A DNA stretch of 64,000 nt from Mesotaenium endlicherianum (GCA_009602735.1 WELA01003469.1:80166-144165), one strand, 5' to 3'. Shown: positions 11,960 to 25,289, counted from the first letter of the stretch. The notes: generated by a model from the sequence alone, not told the origin. Translations and numbers: made by a program.

Positions 11960-12559
11960 TGAAATGAATCGACTTACCAAATAGGCGATTAACAATTAAT
12001 AAAGATCTTTATATCAGCAAGTAATCTTTATGGTATTTTCCGTTAACTGGTTAAACGGCAAAGGACAACACACTAGCAGTGAACAATACTCGTAAGTCAA
12101 ATGCGAGTAAACTAGCATCCATAATGCAAATCAGTAAACTCATACATAAGCAAGGTTAGAAGACAGTGCGTATCAATGGCTTCTCGCCTTGGATTCAGAT
12201 CTCTCTCAGTAAGCTGTACAAGAGAGTTGGCCTCGTTTCCGAATGCCAAACTCGAGAGCAATGCCTAGCATATGTACATGGAATGAGTTTACTGTTCAAC
12301 GGTCAGTGCGATGGCACCGCCTACCCGGGAGTTAACCACGTTGGTAGGACCTCGGTTAACCAAATCCACCGCCATCTCCCATCATCCCGAATCGCCATCC
12401 ATCATAGGGATGTCATCTGGCCATTCATCTAGCCTACCACACTTAGATGCATTTCGAGGCAGTTCGCTGCTACCGAGTACGGAAGTCAGCTGGCTGTCAA
12501 AGAATGTGTCAGCAAGCTGACTTAAGTTGACTTCAGCCTGCTGCTTCCGGCTGAGTCAT
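11960..12559 (-). repeat. Family A LTR, truncated at its 5' end
   Basis: Begins TGAAATGAATC (reverse complement of the LTR end) and breaks at ..GAGTCAT. Confidence 0.92.
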
Positions 12560-15500
12560 ACATTGGTATCGGAGCAAGTCTTTGCTCCACTCTGAAAATC
12601 GTGCAAAATCGTTCAATTTTGTTTCAATTGTTTCAAATTTGCAGGGCGAAGTTTAGTTTTTTGTTGTCTGCAGAACACTAACTTAAGTTATTGTTATTTT
12701 TGCCGAGGTCATCAACAAGGAGCAAGGGGCCTGCTTGGCCGGAATCCCGTCGAATCTTTCAAGGGCCAACCATGTCAGCCTGGTCGGCCCGGGAAGACCC
12801 GTCGGCAAGCAGGAGGCCTGAGGGGCCTCCTCCTTTTCTCAACCGGGCTAAGGAAATCCTTGGCCCAAGTCGAGAAGTGGCAGAGCTGGCTCTTACAAGC
12901 CTGTACCCCGTCGCTTTGCCCAATTTGTCAGCAAAAGGGGGGCCGTGGTCGTCCTTGGCCCCTCGCTCTCATTTTGACAGCAAGAGGGGGGGACCTGGAT
13001 TTTCCTTGCTCCCCCCTTGTCCTCTTTTGGTCATGGGGGTCCGTGTGGTACCCCCTGGCCCGTTCAAATTTTGCGAACGGCATCGCACGGACGACTACAC
13101 CCGTGGCCGATTTGCAACTTTTAATGAGCCTGGTGGGCTCGTCTTTGTTCGTTTTGTTTGCGGAGTTAGCCGCGCCAGAACGTTATGCTCACGTCATGAG
13201 GCGTCAGCCATTCGATATTTTTTGACAGCAAGGGGGGAGGTTGAGAGTTTACCCTCGCTCCCCACTTGTTCTTGTTCTCTTTTGGTCAAGGGGTCTGTGT
13301 GTCACCCCTTGGCTTGTTCAATTTTGCGATCGGCATCGCACGGGCCGATTAGCCCGTGGCCAATTCGCAATTTCTCAAAGAGCCCATCGGGCTCGTTCTT
13401 GATTAGTTATGGCCGAGGCATGAGCCCATGCATAACGTTGTGCTCACGCACTGCTGCGTCACGTAAAAGCACCGCGGGGGGGGGGGTTAGCAAGCTCCTC
13501 CAACCCGTTCGATCTCGACGATGGGGTCGGCGTGGGGCTGTTTAACCGCGGAAATATATTTTGGAAAACTATATGTTTGGGGCAGTTCTTTATTGGGCTA
13601 GGTCATCCATCCCAATCCTGCCCTGAGCAACGGTCGCTTATCATTGTTTTGGGGCAGATTGAGGGGCGATCACCCATCCCAGTTCGCCCTGAGCTGCGGT
13701 TGATTATACTTTTTCCGACAGGCCGGGATTGTTTTCCCCGGGCCGGTTTTGCACCTGTTGGCGTCTGCATACGCCAACACGTTGTTTAACAACTTATTAG
13801 AGTGGGGGAGGGCATCTGCATGTGTCCCTCCGCCCGTCCAATCTTGCCAATGAAGTCGGCAAGTTCTCTTTTTTTCCCAAGTGCCCGTTTTGGTCCTTTC
13901 TTTGACGAAAAGGATCCATCTGGGGCCCGTTTTGGCCCTGGATGTTGTGTACTGGCAAATCTTGCCAGCAAATAAAGAGCGGGATTTTTTGGTGACACAA
14001 TGGGCGTATTGTGGTCCCAGAGGACCAAGTAAGTTATGTGCTACTACGGGAAGCACACGACTCTCCTTACTCGAGTCATTATGGATTTACCAAAACCACA
14101 TACGCTTGCGCCGAGAGTACATTTGGCCGTCTCTCAAGGTTGGTGTTGTCGAGTACAACACCAACTGCGCAATATGTCAGAGGAATAAACCGAGCAATAC
14201 ATTGTCGGTTGGGAAGTTGCAACCATTGGAACTTGGATGTGCTCCTTGGTAAAGCATGAGCCTCGACGTTGTCGTGCAATTGCCTACCACTAATACAGGA
14301 CACAATGGGAAGTTAACAATCGTGGATCGTTTCACTAAGGTGGTGCACTTAGGTGGCCACTAAACCATCACTTGATGCAATTGAGACTGCTGGTCTCTTC
14401 ATTGATTATGTGTTCAAGTTGCCTGGCATGCCGAACGAGATCATAAGTGGTCGTGCCACTCAATTTACAAGCAACTTCTGGCAGGAAGTTTGCTCGTATT
14501 TCAACACGACCCTTACAATATCCACAAGCTTATATCCTCAAACCAATAAGCCCGACAGAACGAATGAACTGCGTTCTGGAGCAGTTTCTCAAGCATTAGG
14601 TGAAGTCTCACTAAGACAACTCGGACACCCTCCTTTCAGTTGCAGAGTTGACTGTAATTCATGCTTCTCAGGAAAGTGATCATGGTAGACACCCGCACAC
14701 TCCGCTGACGGTTGTTGTTTCCCGTCGGATGGGGGTGCACACCATGAGAGTATCAAGTGCACGCCAATTTGTCCATCCTCTGTAGGAGATGCACAAACAA
14801 GCGTTGGCTTTGGCCGTTGCTCGAGATCGACGGAAATTTTTTGCTGATACGCACAAGATTGATTTGAGTTTTTAGGTTGGCAATAAAGTACTTTTGCCAC
14901 TAAAAACCTGCACCTCAATCACCCAGCTCCTGCCTCGCTGGATAAGCTCTTTTATTGTTTTTGGAAAGATTTGACAAGTTGCATAACGACTGGATTTGCG
15001 ACTCCATGGGGCAAACGCATCTTGTGTTCCATGTCAATTTACTCAAGCTGTTTAGGTCCGACGGCCGTTCTTAGCCACAAGCACCGGCATTGGAACTCAC
15101 CAAGGATGATAAGCCTGGGATGTAGAGAAAGTCTACACCCGTCATAAGCCTCTCAGAGTAGAGCTTTTGATCAAATGGCTCGATTATGACTCCAATTGGG
15201 ACTCGTACGAACTTCATGACAAAATCCTACTAAATTGTAGTGACCCGGTTCAACGTATTGTTTACGATGGGCTTTCACTCAGCAACCTCTGCCCCAAGGC
15301 AAGTATGCTACCAAGCGCTCTTCATAAGAAAAGGAACATACGCAAAAGAGACGCTCGCAAATATTCGTCACTTTCCGTCCCTGTGATGATGCAAAGTCTA
15401 TTTTGCTCACCATGTGTTTTCCGCTAGCTACGGCCAGTATTGACACCGATGAATTAAAAGACGTATGCTTAACGTGGACGTTAAGTTCTTCTAAGGGAGG

Positions 15501-16394
15501 AGGAGTGTAACAATCTGAGCTTTTTAGGCGTATTTGGGATATTTTTCTAATTACCTAAAATGCGCAAAAACATTTATCAATATATTAATTGATAAATGAT
15601 TGCATCTTGATGAACTATTCGACACACGCGTGTGCCGACTAATATCTGGTCGATTGGCAAAACCACCAAGATGCTATTGCAAAAAGCATCGTAAAGTAAC
15701 TCAATTACTTCGCAGTAGTACGACATAATTAGTCACAATGTTAGCTTGATTAATTATGAAGGATTAACTTAATTAATCGATGATTAATTAACTTATTATG
15801 ACTTTCATTATTTCGGATAATGACTGTCATTGTTTTTGATTAACGACAGTCGTTAACCCGTAACAAAACACCTTTGAAAGTGGCCCAAGGGAGCCACCAA
15901 CTGATTTCGCTACATTGTATTATCAAGTATAACACAGAAATACATAGCGCGGTATTTTGTATTATCAAGTATAATACTTATATACATATCAAGATATATG
16001 ATATATATTACGGATATATATTATGTTACCAAGCGGCACTATGACACCTGCGTAAAGTCATGAGGCTCGTGGCATAAGCCAAGAGTCATAACGAAACCTC
16101 CCAAGGAGAGGTTTGTCTCCTTTCACATGTCACGTGAAGAGGTAGACATTTTGGGTTGTCACGTTCACCAGGTACAGTTGTCCTGTCACAACCCCCTAAC
16201 ATAAGTGTCGCAGGAGTGCCAAGCGCACTCAAATGGCTCGCGTTGGCAAGTATAAATACTTGCAGAGCCAATCTCAGTGCAACTCTGAGGACACCTCTTC
16301 TAGTCATTGTATTTTCGTTCAGTTTTTGCACAACTCCTTTCTGAACAGCTTAGAAAAGTTCCTCTCTATTCTCTCGAAAGTGAGAATCGTTACA
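12559..16394 (+). mobile_element. Decayed, internally deleted gypsy chromovirus (family C): 5' LTR remnant, PBS, integrase/chromodomain relics, PPT, 3' LTR
   Basis: TACA-T-TGGTATCGGAGC at 12559-12575; relics LLREAHDS..SHYG, LQPL..PW, IVDRFTK, QFTSNFW, LIKWLDYD..WDSYE at ~14000-15230; PPT AAGGGAGGAGGAG at 15493-15505. Confidence 0.8.
15506..16394 (+). repeat. 3' LTR, family C (~890 bp)
   Basis: Follows the PPT; terminal inverted repeat TGTAACAAT...ATCGTTACA (8/9). Confidence 0.78.
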
Positions 16395-17590
16395 CTTCTT
16401 CAAGATCATTATATTTCATTTATGTATATGAGATCAGAGATAGGTGGAAGCGTGTAAAATCAGGGAGCGATCTTTGCCCTTATAATGAATTCCATTTACT
16501 CATCTATACCCCTTAAGTCACTTACCGTAGTGCGCCATAATTGCACACTAACACAAGGCACAAGAAAGAGGCGAACTTGAGGACTAGAGCTTCTCCTTCA
16601 GAAACTCATGGCCTCTTGTCTACCACGCATACAAGGATGTATAAGCACATACACAACATCAGAGGGTTCAATGGCAAAGGCGCTCTCATTCACATGACCA
16701 TAAAGTAGCTAAAACACATCCCACTGACTTAGGTGCAAAACCATGGAATCTGTTCGCTATGTGACCCCCAGATGTCAGAGGGCATAACTTTGTCAATACG
16801 ACTCCAAATTGAGCAAACTCAACGGCAACGAACGCATCTTTACGAGACCTTTTTAAAAACTTCTAGTTTACTCCATTTAGAGCACAGACAAAGGAGCCAT
16901 CTCAATTTTCGTGGAAGCTGGTCATAATAACGAACCCAAAAGTGCACACATGACTTGCAAGTAGAAATCCGACTGTAAAGCCTACTGTCCAGAATGAGGG
17001 ACCTCGAGATCCAGTCTGCTATGTACCTAGTGACCACTTGGTTGACCACGGCGCAAGGTGCGCCATTTTATGGGAAACCCGTTAAGTTGGGACCCACGGA
17101 TGTAGGTATAACGACCATATTGATTGGTCGGTTGATTGAAGTCCTAACTGTTCAATTGACTGACGACGGCTCCGCCTACCTGGGAGTTAACCACATTGGT
17201 AGGACATCGGTTTACCGAATCTCAGTCAACCTCCCGACTTTCAGTATACTACGGTCACATGTGGCAATCTATAAATAATTATTCAAATGAATATATGTAT
17301 CCTCAGCGTACTGAATCCAAGTATACTGACTAATGTATACGAGCTTACTATAGATCAACCTACTGATGTTATGTCCTATATATATACAAATAGTCTTAGC
17401 AAACTATGCTCTAATACAAAATGTCATCCTGCTGACCGTTTTGACAAAGTCAGCAAATTGCTCTATGATACAAAAGTCATCCTGCTTACCTTTTTGATAA
17501 AGTAAGTAAACTCGCATTATATCGATACATATTTATTTCGATGAACTCGCACACGTGAGTATATTGACACATTACTTATTTAATGATGTA
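16395..17590 (-). repeat. Family B LTR, both termini missing
   Basis: Colinear with 20570-21700 over ~1.1 kb. Confidence 0.85.
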
Positions 17591-18441
17591 TGTGTATGTT
17601 CATCATTCGAGTAGCTGGGAAGCTAACCAACGCTGCCTATCATCTTCACCAGAACAAGTATGGTCAAATGGAACTTCATATACTGGAGTCCTTCAAATGA
17701 CCAAGATCGTCGTGAGCGTCAGTGCAACCTTGGCGAATGAGGCGAGGCAAGCAATCAAAAGTTCGCAGACTCTGGAGGGTCTGGAAAGACTATATGCCTG
17801 GACCTGACTTTCAAAAGGCACAACGAGGTGGAAGAGAAAGGGCGTCAAGAAGCCGACGCAAAGCTGACTAATGAAGAACGCAAGATGATGACAGTCTGCT
17901 TAACTGCTGGAATAATTACCAGGCAAATCACGAATCAGCTCCTTGAGTGTAATGAATCAATATATTGGTAGATATAATATTCACTTAAATATAATAGTCA
18001 ATTAAGTTCAGCTTGCAGAACTTCAGCAAATATATGCCGGACTTTATATAATTACCAGTTTAATGACTCAGTCGAGAGCAGCAGGCTGAAGTCAACTTAG
18101 GTCAACTTGCTGACACATTCTTTGACAGCCAGCTGACATCCGTACTCGGTAGCAGCGAACTGCCTAGATATGCATCTAAGTGTGGTGTGCTAGATGAATC
18201 GCCAGATGACATCCTTAGGATGGATGGCGATTCGGGATGATGGCAGACGGCGGTGGATTTGGTTAACCGAGGTCCTACCAATGTGCTTAACTCCCGGGTA
18301 GGCGGTGCCATCGCACTTGCCGCTGGACAGTAAACTCATTTCATGTACATAGGCTAGACATTGCTCTCAAGTTTGGCATTTAAAAACGAGGCCAACTCTC
18401 TTGTACTGCTTACTGTTAGATATCTGAATTTAAGGCGAGAA

Positions 18442-18567
18442 GCGCTGCGACTGGCGTCACAACCGATACACCATAGGTTGATCTAACCTGGTCCTCTCGT
18501 ACTAAGGTTAGCGTCTCTCAATTCTCAGATTATATCCAACGGTAGATAGGAACCGAACTGTCTCACG
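18442..18567 (-). pseudogene. rnl: Mitochondrial-type LSU rRNA fragment (NUMT) including the sarcin-ricin loop
   Basis: Minus strand: CGTGAGACAGTTCGGTTCCTATCTACCGTTGG...TAGTACGAGAGGACC...CAACCTATGGTGTA. These are conserved LSU motifs and resemble plant mitochondrial rrn26. Confidence 0.88.
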
Positions 18568-18782
18568 CATGTATTCCTCATGTTTCCAAGAGGCATGGAC
18601 TATATCTTCATCCTGTGCTTAATTCTATCGCACAGCAAACACAGGAGTCGGCGTGTTATACTCCCTCTAACCAGAGGAAATATCTCCGAAGCTTTAAAAA
18701 GGCACAGCCTGTGCCTTTTAGAGCTCGGAAGTCTCTACAGGGAATAAAAGGTCTAATTCTTGACATACCACAGAATATTAAA
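18568..18782 (-). other. 3' part of a group I intron at LSU position 2593 (within the NUMT)
   Basis: Minus strand: R element GTAGAGACT, S element AAGATATAGTCC, P9-like hairpin, terminal G directly before CGTGAGAC (E. coli C2594). Confidence 0.82.
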
Positions 18783-20555
18783 ACGCATTGTCTTCTAGCC
18801 TTGCTTATGTATGAGTGTACTGATTGCAATATTGATGCAAGTTTACTTGCATTTGACTTGCGAGCATTGTCCACTGCTAGTATGTTGTCTTTTGCTGTTT
18901 AATCAGTATATAGAAAATACCATAAAGACTACTTGCTCATTAATTGTTATTCGCTTATTGGTAAGTCGATTCATTTCATTGAGGCAGATGCTGATCGACG
19001 CAACGAAGAGAAGGCGACGCAAGTGGCGCACTTGCTACAGCATGCGATTATCAACATGGCTAATCTCAACACAGAAGATGACGAAGAACCGTCACCACCG
19101 GGAGTAGAGGAGCCAGTTGGAGCTGAGGCAAAAACGCCTGCGACGCCAGAATTGAACTTGCCGGAGCTCGCAGATGGAGGAGACTTGGGGAATCAAATTC
19201 CACAATTTCCTACTCCGACGCTAGACCCTCAGGAGCTTCAAGAGCTCACAAAGGACGACTGGGTCTAACCAGTTAACGCTGGAGGGACCTAACCCAATGG
19301 ACCTATATGAAGACTTGAAGTCACCCACTGCTAGCATCACAGCACCCGAGCAGTCTACGTCTGGAAGGCAACAACAGCCACTAGAGGTGAGTGCATGTGT
19401 TGCTACGATGAAAGCAATCAAAGGGGAGTCACTAGGCCACGTCAGCAGGCCAAGGAAAGTGGCTCGTCAGGGAAACGCACCGTTCAGGCGGATGCTGACC
19501 CGCTATCGCAAATATTGGGGGAAAACCTCGCAGGGAAGGGGCTCCAAAAGGAATCAACGCCCCACCAAAGCCTATTCTGGACATCGTGCAAAAGGAAGGG
19601 GAAGCCGATTTAATGCGCAGAGATGACGCTATGGGAATTCACATTTCCATGGTTACACTTTCCACCACTGGAGCGTGGGGAGGAGCAGAACCTGCCCCTC
19701 GAGCACCCACAGCCACTGAGCAGGAACTCACTGATTTGAGAAGGACAGTGCAGCGCTTGGTGGAAGAGAATGCTGTGCGAAACAGGTTGATAGACGTGCA
19801 GGGCAGTTGGTTTGTGTCACGTGGCTACACCACCACTTGGAGAAAATCCACGGTTGACACTACATCGTCTAACTACTTTGGAACGTCAATGGGGATGGAA
19901 CATCGACCCAAGGACGGCCACACATGATGGAGCAGGATGGCCAGTGACCAACAATTGAGGCTGGAGGAACGGGTACCAGTTGAACTCCCCAAAATGAAGA
20001 AACATTCCTACGACACCTAAATTGGAGGCGGCTTGCAAGAAAAGCACCGGCTGCGAGGGAAGGGTAAGGGAATCAGAGTTAAGATGGCAGAGCCAAAACC
20101 TCAGGTTGAACAGGCAAAAAAGCATGTCACTCCACCACCAAGCGCGCAGGCTGAAAAGCCGGAGGGAAAGGAGGGTGGAAACCCACCGCCTAAGTCCCAA
20201 GAGCAGCAATTATTGGAAGCTTTTGCTGGGGAGAAGTAGCCGTAAGCTGAGACATTTGCCATTGGGAAAATGGTCTCACTCCAGCAAAGAGGTTTAATAG
20301 ACAGATTACTGAAAAAGCATTGCAAGGTGTTCGCTTTCACACAAGAAGAAATTTGCAGAAACCAATGCCAACGTGTGTGAAATCACACTAATCACAGATA
20401 AAACCTGTTCAACTTGGGCCGCATAAGCTCAGTCAGACAGAGTGAGACTGTGTGGAGAAAACCTGTCGAGGGCTGCAAAAGCTTGGAATGATTGAAAAAT
20501 CAACCTTTATACATGGAGCTCCCACAATAGTGGTCGCTATGACAGACGAGGATGG

Positions 20556-21745
20556 TGAAATGAATCTTGCTTATTCAAGATTAATATATTTCATTTATAA
20601 GATCAGAGATAGGTGGAAGCCTGTGAAATTAGGGAGCGATCTTTGCCCTTATAATGAATTCCGTTGACTCATCTATAACCCTTGACTCACTTACCGTAGT
20701 GTGCCATAGTTGCACACAAATACAAGGCACAAGAAAGAGGCGAGCTTGAGGACTAGAGCTTCTCTTTTAGAATCTCATGGCCTCTTGCCTACCAGGCATA
20801 CAAGCATGTATAAGCACATACACAACATCAGGGGACTGAATAGCAAAGGCGCTCTCATTCAGATGACCATAAAGTAGCTAAAACACATCCCACTGACGTA
20901 GGTGCAAAACCACAAAATCTGTCCGCTGTGTGACCCCGAAATGTCAGAGGGCATAACTCTGTCAATACTACTCCAAATTGAGCAAACTCAACGGCAACGG
21001 ATGCATCTTGACAAGACCTTTTTGAAAAGATCTAGTTTGCTCCATTTGCAGCGCAGACAAAGCAGTCATGTCAATTTCTGTGAAGGCTGGTCATTAGAAC
21101 AAACCCAAAAGTGCACACATGACTTGCAAGTAGAAATCCGACTGTAAAGCCTACTGTCCAGAATGAGGGACCACAAGATCCCAGCCTGCTATGTATCTAG
21201 TGACCACCTGGTTGACCACGACGCAAGGTGCGCCGTTTCGTGGAAAACCCATTAAATTGGAACCCACGGATTTAAGTATAACGACCATCTTAATTGGTCG
21301 GTTGACTGAAGTCCTAACTGTTCAGTTGACTGACGACGGCTCCGCCTACCCAGGAGTTAACCACATTGGTAGGACATCGGTTTACCGAGTCTCAGTCGAC
21401 CTTCCGACTTTCAATACACTACGATCACATGTGACTATCTATAATAATATTCTAAAGGAATATATCTATCCTCAGCGTACTGAAGCTAAGTATACTGACT
21501 AATATCAAGCGAGCTTATTGTATATCAACCTACTGATATTATATCCTATATATTACTGATATATAAATCTCAGCGATCGACACTATGATCCTGCTGACCT
21601 TTTTGGGAAAGTAAGTAAACTTGCATTAGATTGACATACATTCGTTTAGATAAACTCGCACATGTGAGTATATTGACATAATACTTATTTAGTGTTGTAT
21701 TTATACATGCAATTAATTAAATAAATAATGAACTGATTCATTACA
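20556..21745 (-). repeat. Family B solo LTR (1190 bp)
   Basis: Same 11-bp termini as family A with a different interior; TSD GATGG at 20551-20555 and 21746-21750; inserted in the family D RT. Confidence 0.92.
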
Positions 21746-22707
21746 GATGGCAATTACACCGCCACTCGCATGTGTGGTGATTACAGGAATTTAAACCTCC
21801 ACGCAGAGCCAGATAGCTACGTGATGCCTACACCAGAGCGGATCTTCTCTATCACTACCACCGGGAAGGTGTTCAACATCATTGATCTGCGCCAAGGCTT
21901 CAACCAAATCCGTGTGAAAACAGAAGATCGAGGGAAGACTGCTTTCTAGGCTCAAAGGGAATTATGGCAGTGGACAGTAATGCCCTTCAGGTTAAAAAAT
22001 GCCCCTGCAATTTTCCAAAGGACGGTGGACAAAGTGCTGGAGGGGTTGGACTTTGCAAAACCATATATTATGATGTTGTGGTATTCAGTCAATCAATCAA
22101 GCAACACCTCGAGCACTTGGAAAAGGTGTTCCAGCGCCTGGAAAAATTTCAGATGACGCTGCACCCTAGAAAATGCAGATTCTGAGGCTCATGTGCCGTA
22201 CCTAAGACATGAGATTGGGAACAATGCTATGTCCCCTCAAGCTGTAAAGATTGAGGCAATCTACAAGATACCTGCACCCACCATGGTAACTAAGCTGCAA
22301 GCCATGCTAGGACTCAGCGGGTACTATCGTAAATTTGTGAAGGATTATAGCAAAATTGCTAAACCCTTAACCAAACTCCTGAAAAAGGATGTGCCTTTTG
22401 TGTGGACGGAAGCCCAAGAGAAGGCCATGAACAAGCTGAAAGAGAGGCTAGTGACAACCCCAGTCTTGCGTACGCCAGACCACACAAAGTCGTTCCGCCT
22501 GCACACAGACTGGAGTCGTGTGGCAATTGGCGCAGTACTCACTCAGGTTGAAAGCCCTAAGGAGGAGTACATGATTGCCTATGCTTCTCGCTCTAACAAC
22601 CAAGCAAAAAGCAATTACTCATCCTAAAAGGGGCAGAGTGCCCTAGTGGAAACGTAGTAACTCACGAGGAAAGGAACTAGTTGCAATCATACTAAAGAGT
22701 GCAGCGG

Positions 22708-23452
22708 TGTAATGAATCAGTATATTAGTAGATATAATATTCATTTAAATATAATAGTTAATTTAGTTCAGCCTGCTGAACTTTAGTTAGTAGTCAGTCT
22801 GCTGAACTTTAGTTAATAGTCAGTCTGCTGGACTTTACATAATTATCAGTTTAATGACTCGGCCAAAAGCAGCAGGCTGAAGTCAACTTAAGTCAGCTTG
22901 CTGACACATTCTTTGACAGCCAGCTGACTTCCGTGCTCGGTAGCAGCGAACTGCCTTGATATGCATCTAAGTACCACCTGCTAGATGAATGGCCAGATGA
23001 CATCCCCATGATGGATGGCTATTCGGGATGATGGGAGATGGCGGTGGATTTGGTTAACCGAGGTCCTACCAACGTGGTTAACTCCCGGGTAGGCGGTGCC
23101 ATCGCACTGACCGTTGAACAGTAAACTCATTCCATGTACATACGCTAGGCGTTGCTCTCGAGTTCGGCATTCGGAAACGAGGCCAACTCTCTTGTACAGC
23201 TTACTGAGAGGGATCTGAATCCAAGGCGAGAAGCCATTGATACGCACTGTCTTCTAACCTTGCTTATGTATGAGTTTACTGATTTGCATTATGGATGCTA
23301 GTTTACTCTCATTTGACTTACGAGTATTATTCCCTGCTAGTGTATTGTCCGTTGCCGTTTAACTAGTTAACGGAAATACCATAAAGATTACTTGCTGATA
23401 TAAAGATCTTTATTAATTGTCAATCGCCTATTTGGTAAGACGATTCATTTCA
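22708..23452 (+). repeat. Family A LTR without a matching TSD
   Basis: Complete termini; flanks AGCGG and GCCAT differ. Confidence 0.92.
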
Positions 23453-24255
23453 GCCATCCTTGCAAGAGAAAGAGAGCTACATGAGAGAGGAGTAAAAAAG
23501 AACTCGCTTGGTTAAGAAAACTCGTGTACAAAATGTGAGCTTCCAAACTTTGAACTCTCTAAGCTAAGATTAGATAAATTTAAATCATATCTACTACTTT
23601 GTGCTTCCTATTTATCATTAAACTTTAAGGATCCTCTCTAGCAAATTACCTCCAAAATCTTATAATATAGCTCCTTCCATGTACGTTACCTTGCCTTGTT
23701 GGACAAGCTGAATACTCACACACACAGTAACACACTCTGGAATATTCTACTACTCAATCCTCTAACTCCACACGGAATTTTTAGAATTTCCACATTTACC
23801 TTGGGCACTCTACTTGATTGTACGGAGTTTTTGGAACCATCATGATTTAATGTCCTACTCCCTAGACTCCAAGCAAAATTTGCGTCACAGGACCAGTCCT
23901 TGTCACTGAATTGATCTTGTGACATTTAAAATTCACCAAATACTTCCAAAACATATAATTTTCTCAATACTCATCCAAACGACTTGAAATAAATACAAAA
24001 ACTTTTCTAACGTCATATTCTATGCATATAAAATGCTGATATAATACAAAAAATACTTCCATGACCTTACAGGTATTAGATTGATGCAGATGGATGATCT
24101 TGTCATCGTCAAGCGTGATTCAAAACATCCAAGGAAGCTTCCCAACGTTCCTAGACATCAAACGATCATGAACAATACACTCAGATGTTAGAGTCAAATC
24201 TGTCGCATTTCATTTTCTTGCAGCGAGTTTGACGCCCTTGCAGGAGGTTTTTTTG

Positions 24256-25054
24256 TGAAATGAATCGACTTACCAAATAGGCGATTAACAATTAATAAAG
24301 ATCTTTATATCAGCAAGTAATCTTTATGGTATTTTCCGTTAACTGGTTTGACGGCAAAGGACAACACACTAGCAGTGAATAATACTCGTCAGTCAAATGA
24401 GAGTAAACTAGCATCAATAATGCAATCAGTAAACTCATACATAAGCAAGGTTAGAAGACAGTGCGTATCAATGGCTTCTCGCCTTGGATTCAGATCTCTC
24501 TCAGTAAGCTGTACAAGAGAGTTGGCCTCGTGTCCGAATGCCGAACTCGAGAGCAATGCCTAGCGTATGTACATGGAATGAGTTTACTGTTCAACGGTCA
24601 GTGCGATGGCACCGCCTACCCGGGAGTTAACCACGTTGGTAGGACCTCGGTTAACCAAATCCACCGCCATCTCCCATCATCCCGAATAGCCATCCATCAT
24701 AGGGATGTCATCTGGCTATTCATCTAGCATACCGCACTTAGATGCATATCGAGGCAGTTCGCTGCTACCGAGTACGGAAGTCAGCTGGCTGTCAAAGAAT
24801 GGGTCAGCAAGCTNCTGTCAAAGAATGGGTCAGCAAGCTGACTTATATGGACTTCAGCCTGCTGCTTCCGGCTGAGTCATTAAACTGATAATTATGTAAA
24901 GTCCAGCAGACTGACTAATTATGTAAATTCCAGCAGTCTGACTAATTAGGTAAAGTCCAGCAGACTGGCTAATAACTAAACTTCAGCAGGCTGAACATAA
25001 TTTACTATTATATTTAAATGAATATTATACCCAGTAATATACTGATTCATTACA
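24256..25054 (-). repeat. Family A solo LTR
   Basis: TSD TTTTG at 24251-24255 and 25055-25059; expanded 27-bp tandem units at ~24895-24995. Confidence 0.94.
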
Positions 25055-25289
25055 TTTTGCCACATTGGGGGTCCGTAGTGGGGTCCGTTCGCTCATCTTA
25101 CGTCACTTGTCATCTCAAGTACCAACTAGAACACTTCGATCCATAAAAAAAGCGTTTTGTGATTTATCCAACTCTTTTATAGGATGTCGCTCGCTATCCA
25201 ATGTCTCACCTTTAAAGAAACCTTACAGCTGTTTGTCTTCCAACGCCTGCGCTTCCACAAGTCGTAAAGTAATATAAATACTTTTTTAT

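Larger units (their letters stand above)
17948..18978 (+). repeat. Family A solo LTR containing an organellar DNA insert
   Basis: TG...CA termini; TSD TTGAG at 17943-17947 and 18979-18983. Confidence 0.93.
17600..22690 (+). mobile_element. Decayed gypsy element (family D): degraded gag-like region plus RT and RNase H, carrying two solo LTRs
   Basis: 21750-22630 reads RMCGDYRNLN..IIDLRQGFNQI..KTAF..MPFRLKNAPAIFQR..LGLSGYYRKFV..LHTDWS..IAYASR; the upstream part is poorly resolved. Confidence 0.8.

Noticed and set aside
12691..13545. 284-aa ORF as a gene
   Set aside because: Lies in the GC-rich duplicated leader of family C; no recognisable motifs.
18442..18567. Functional rRNA gene
   Set aside because: Only ~125 nt, embedded in an LTR.
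24895..24995. CRISPR-like array
   Set aside because: Head-to-tail LTR repeats with no unique spacers, in a eukaryotic context with no cas genes.
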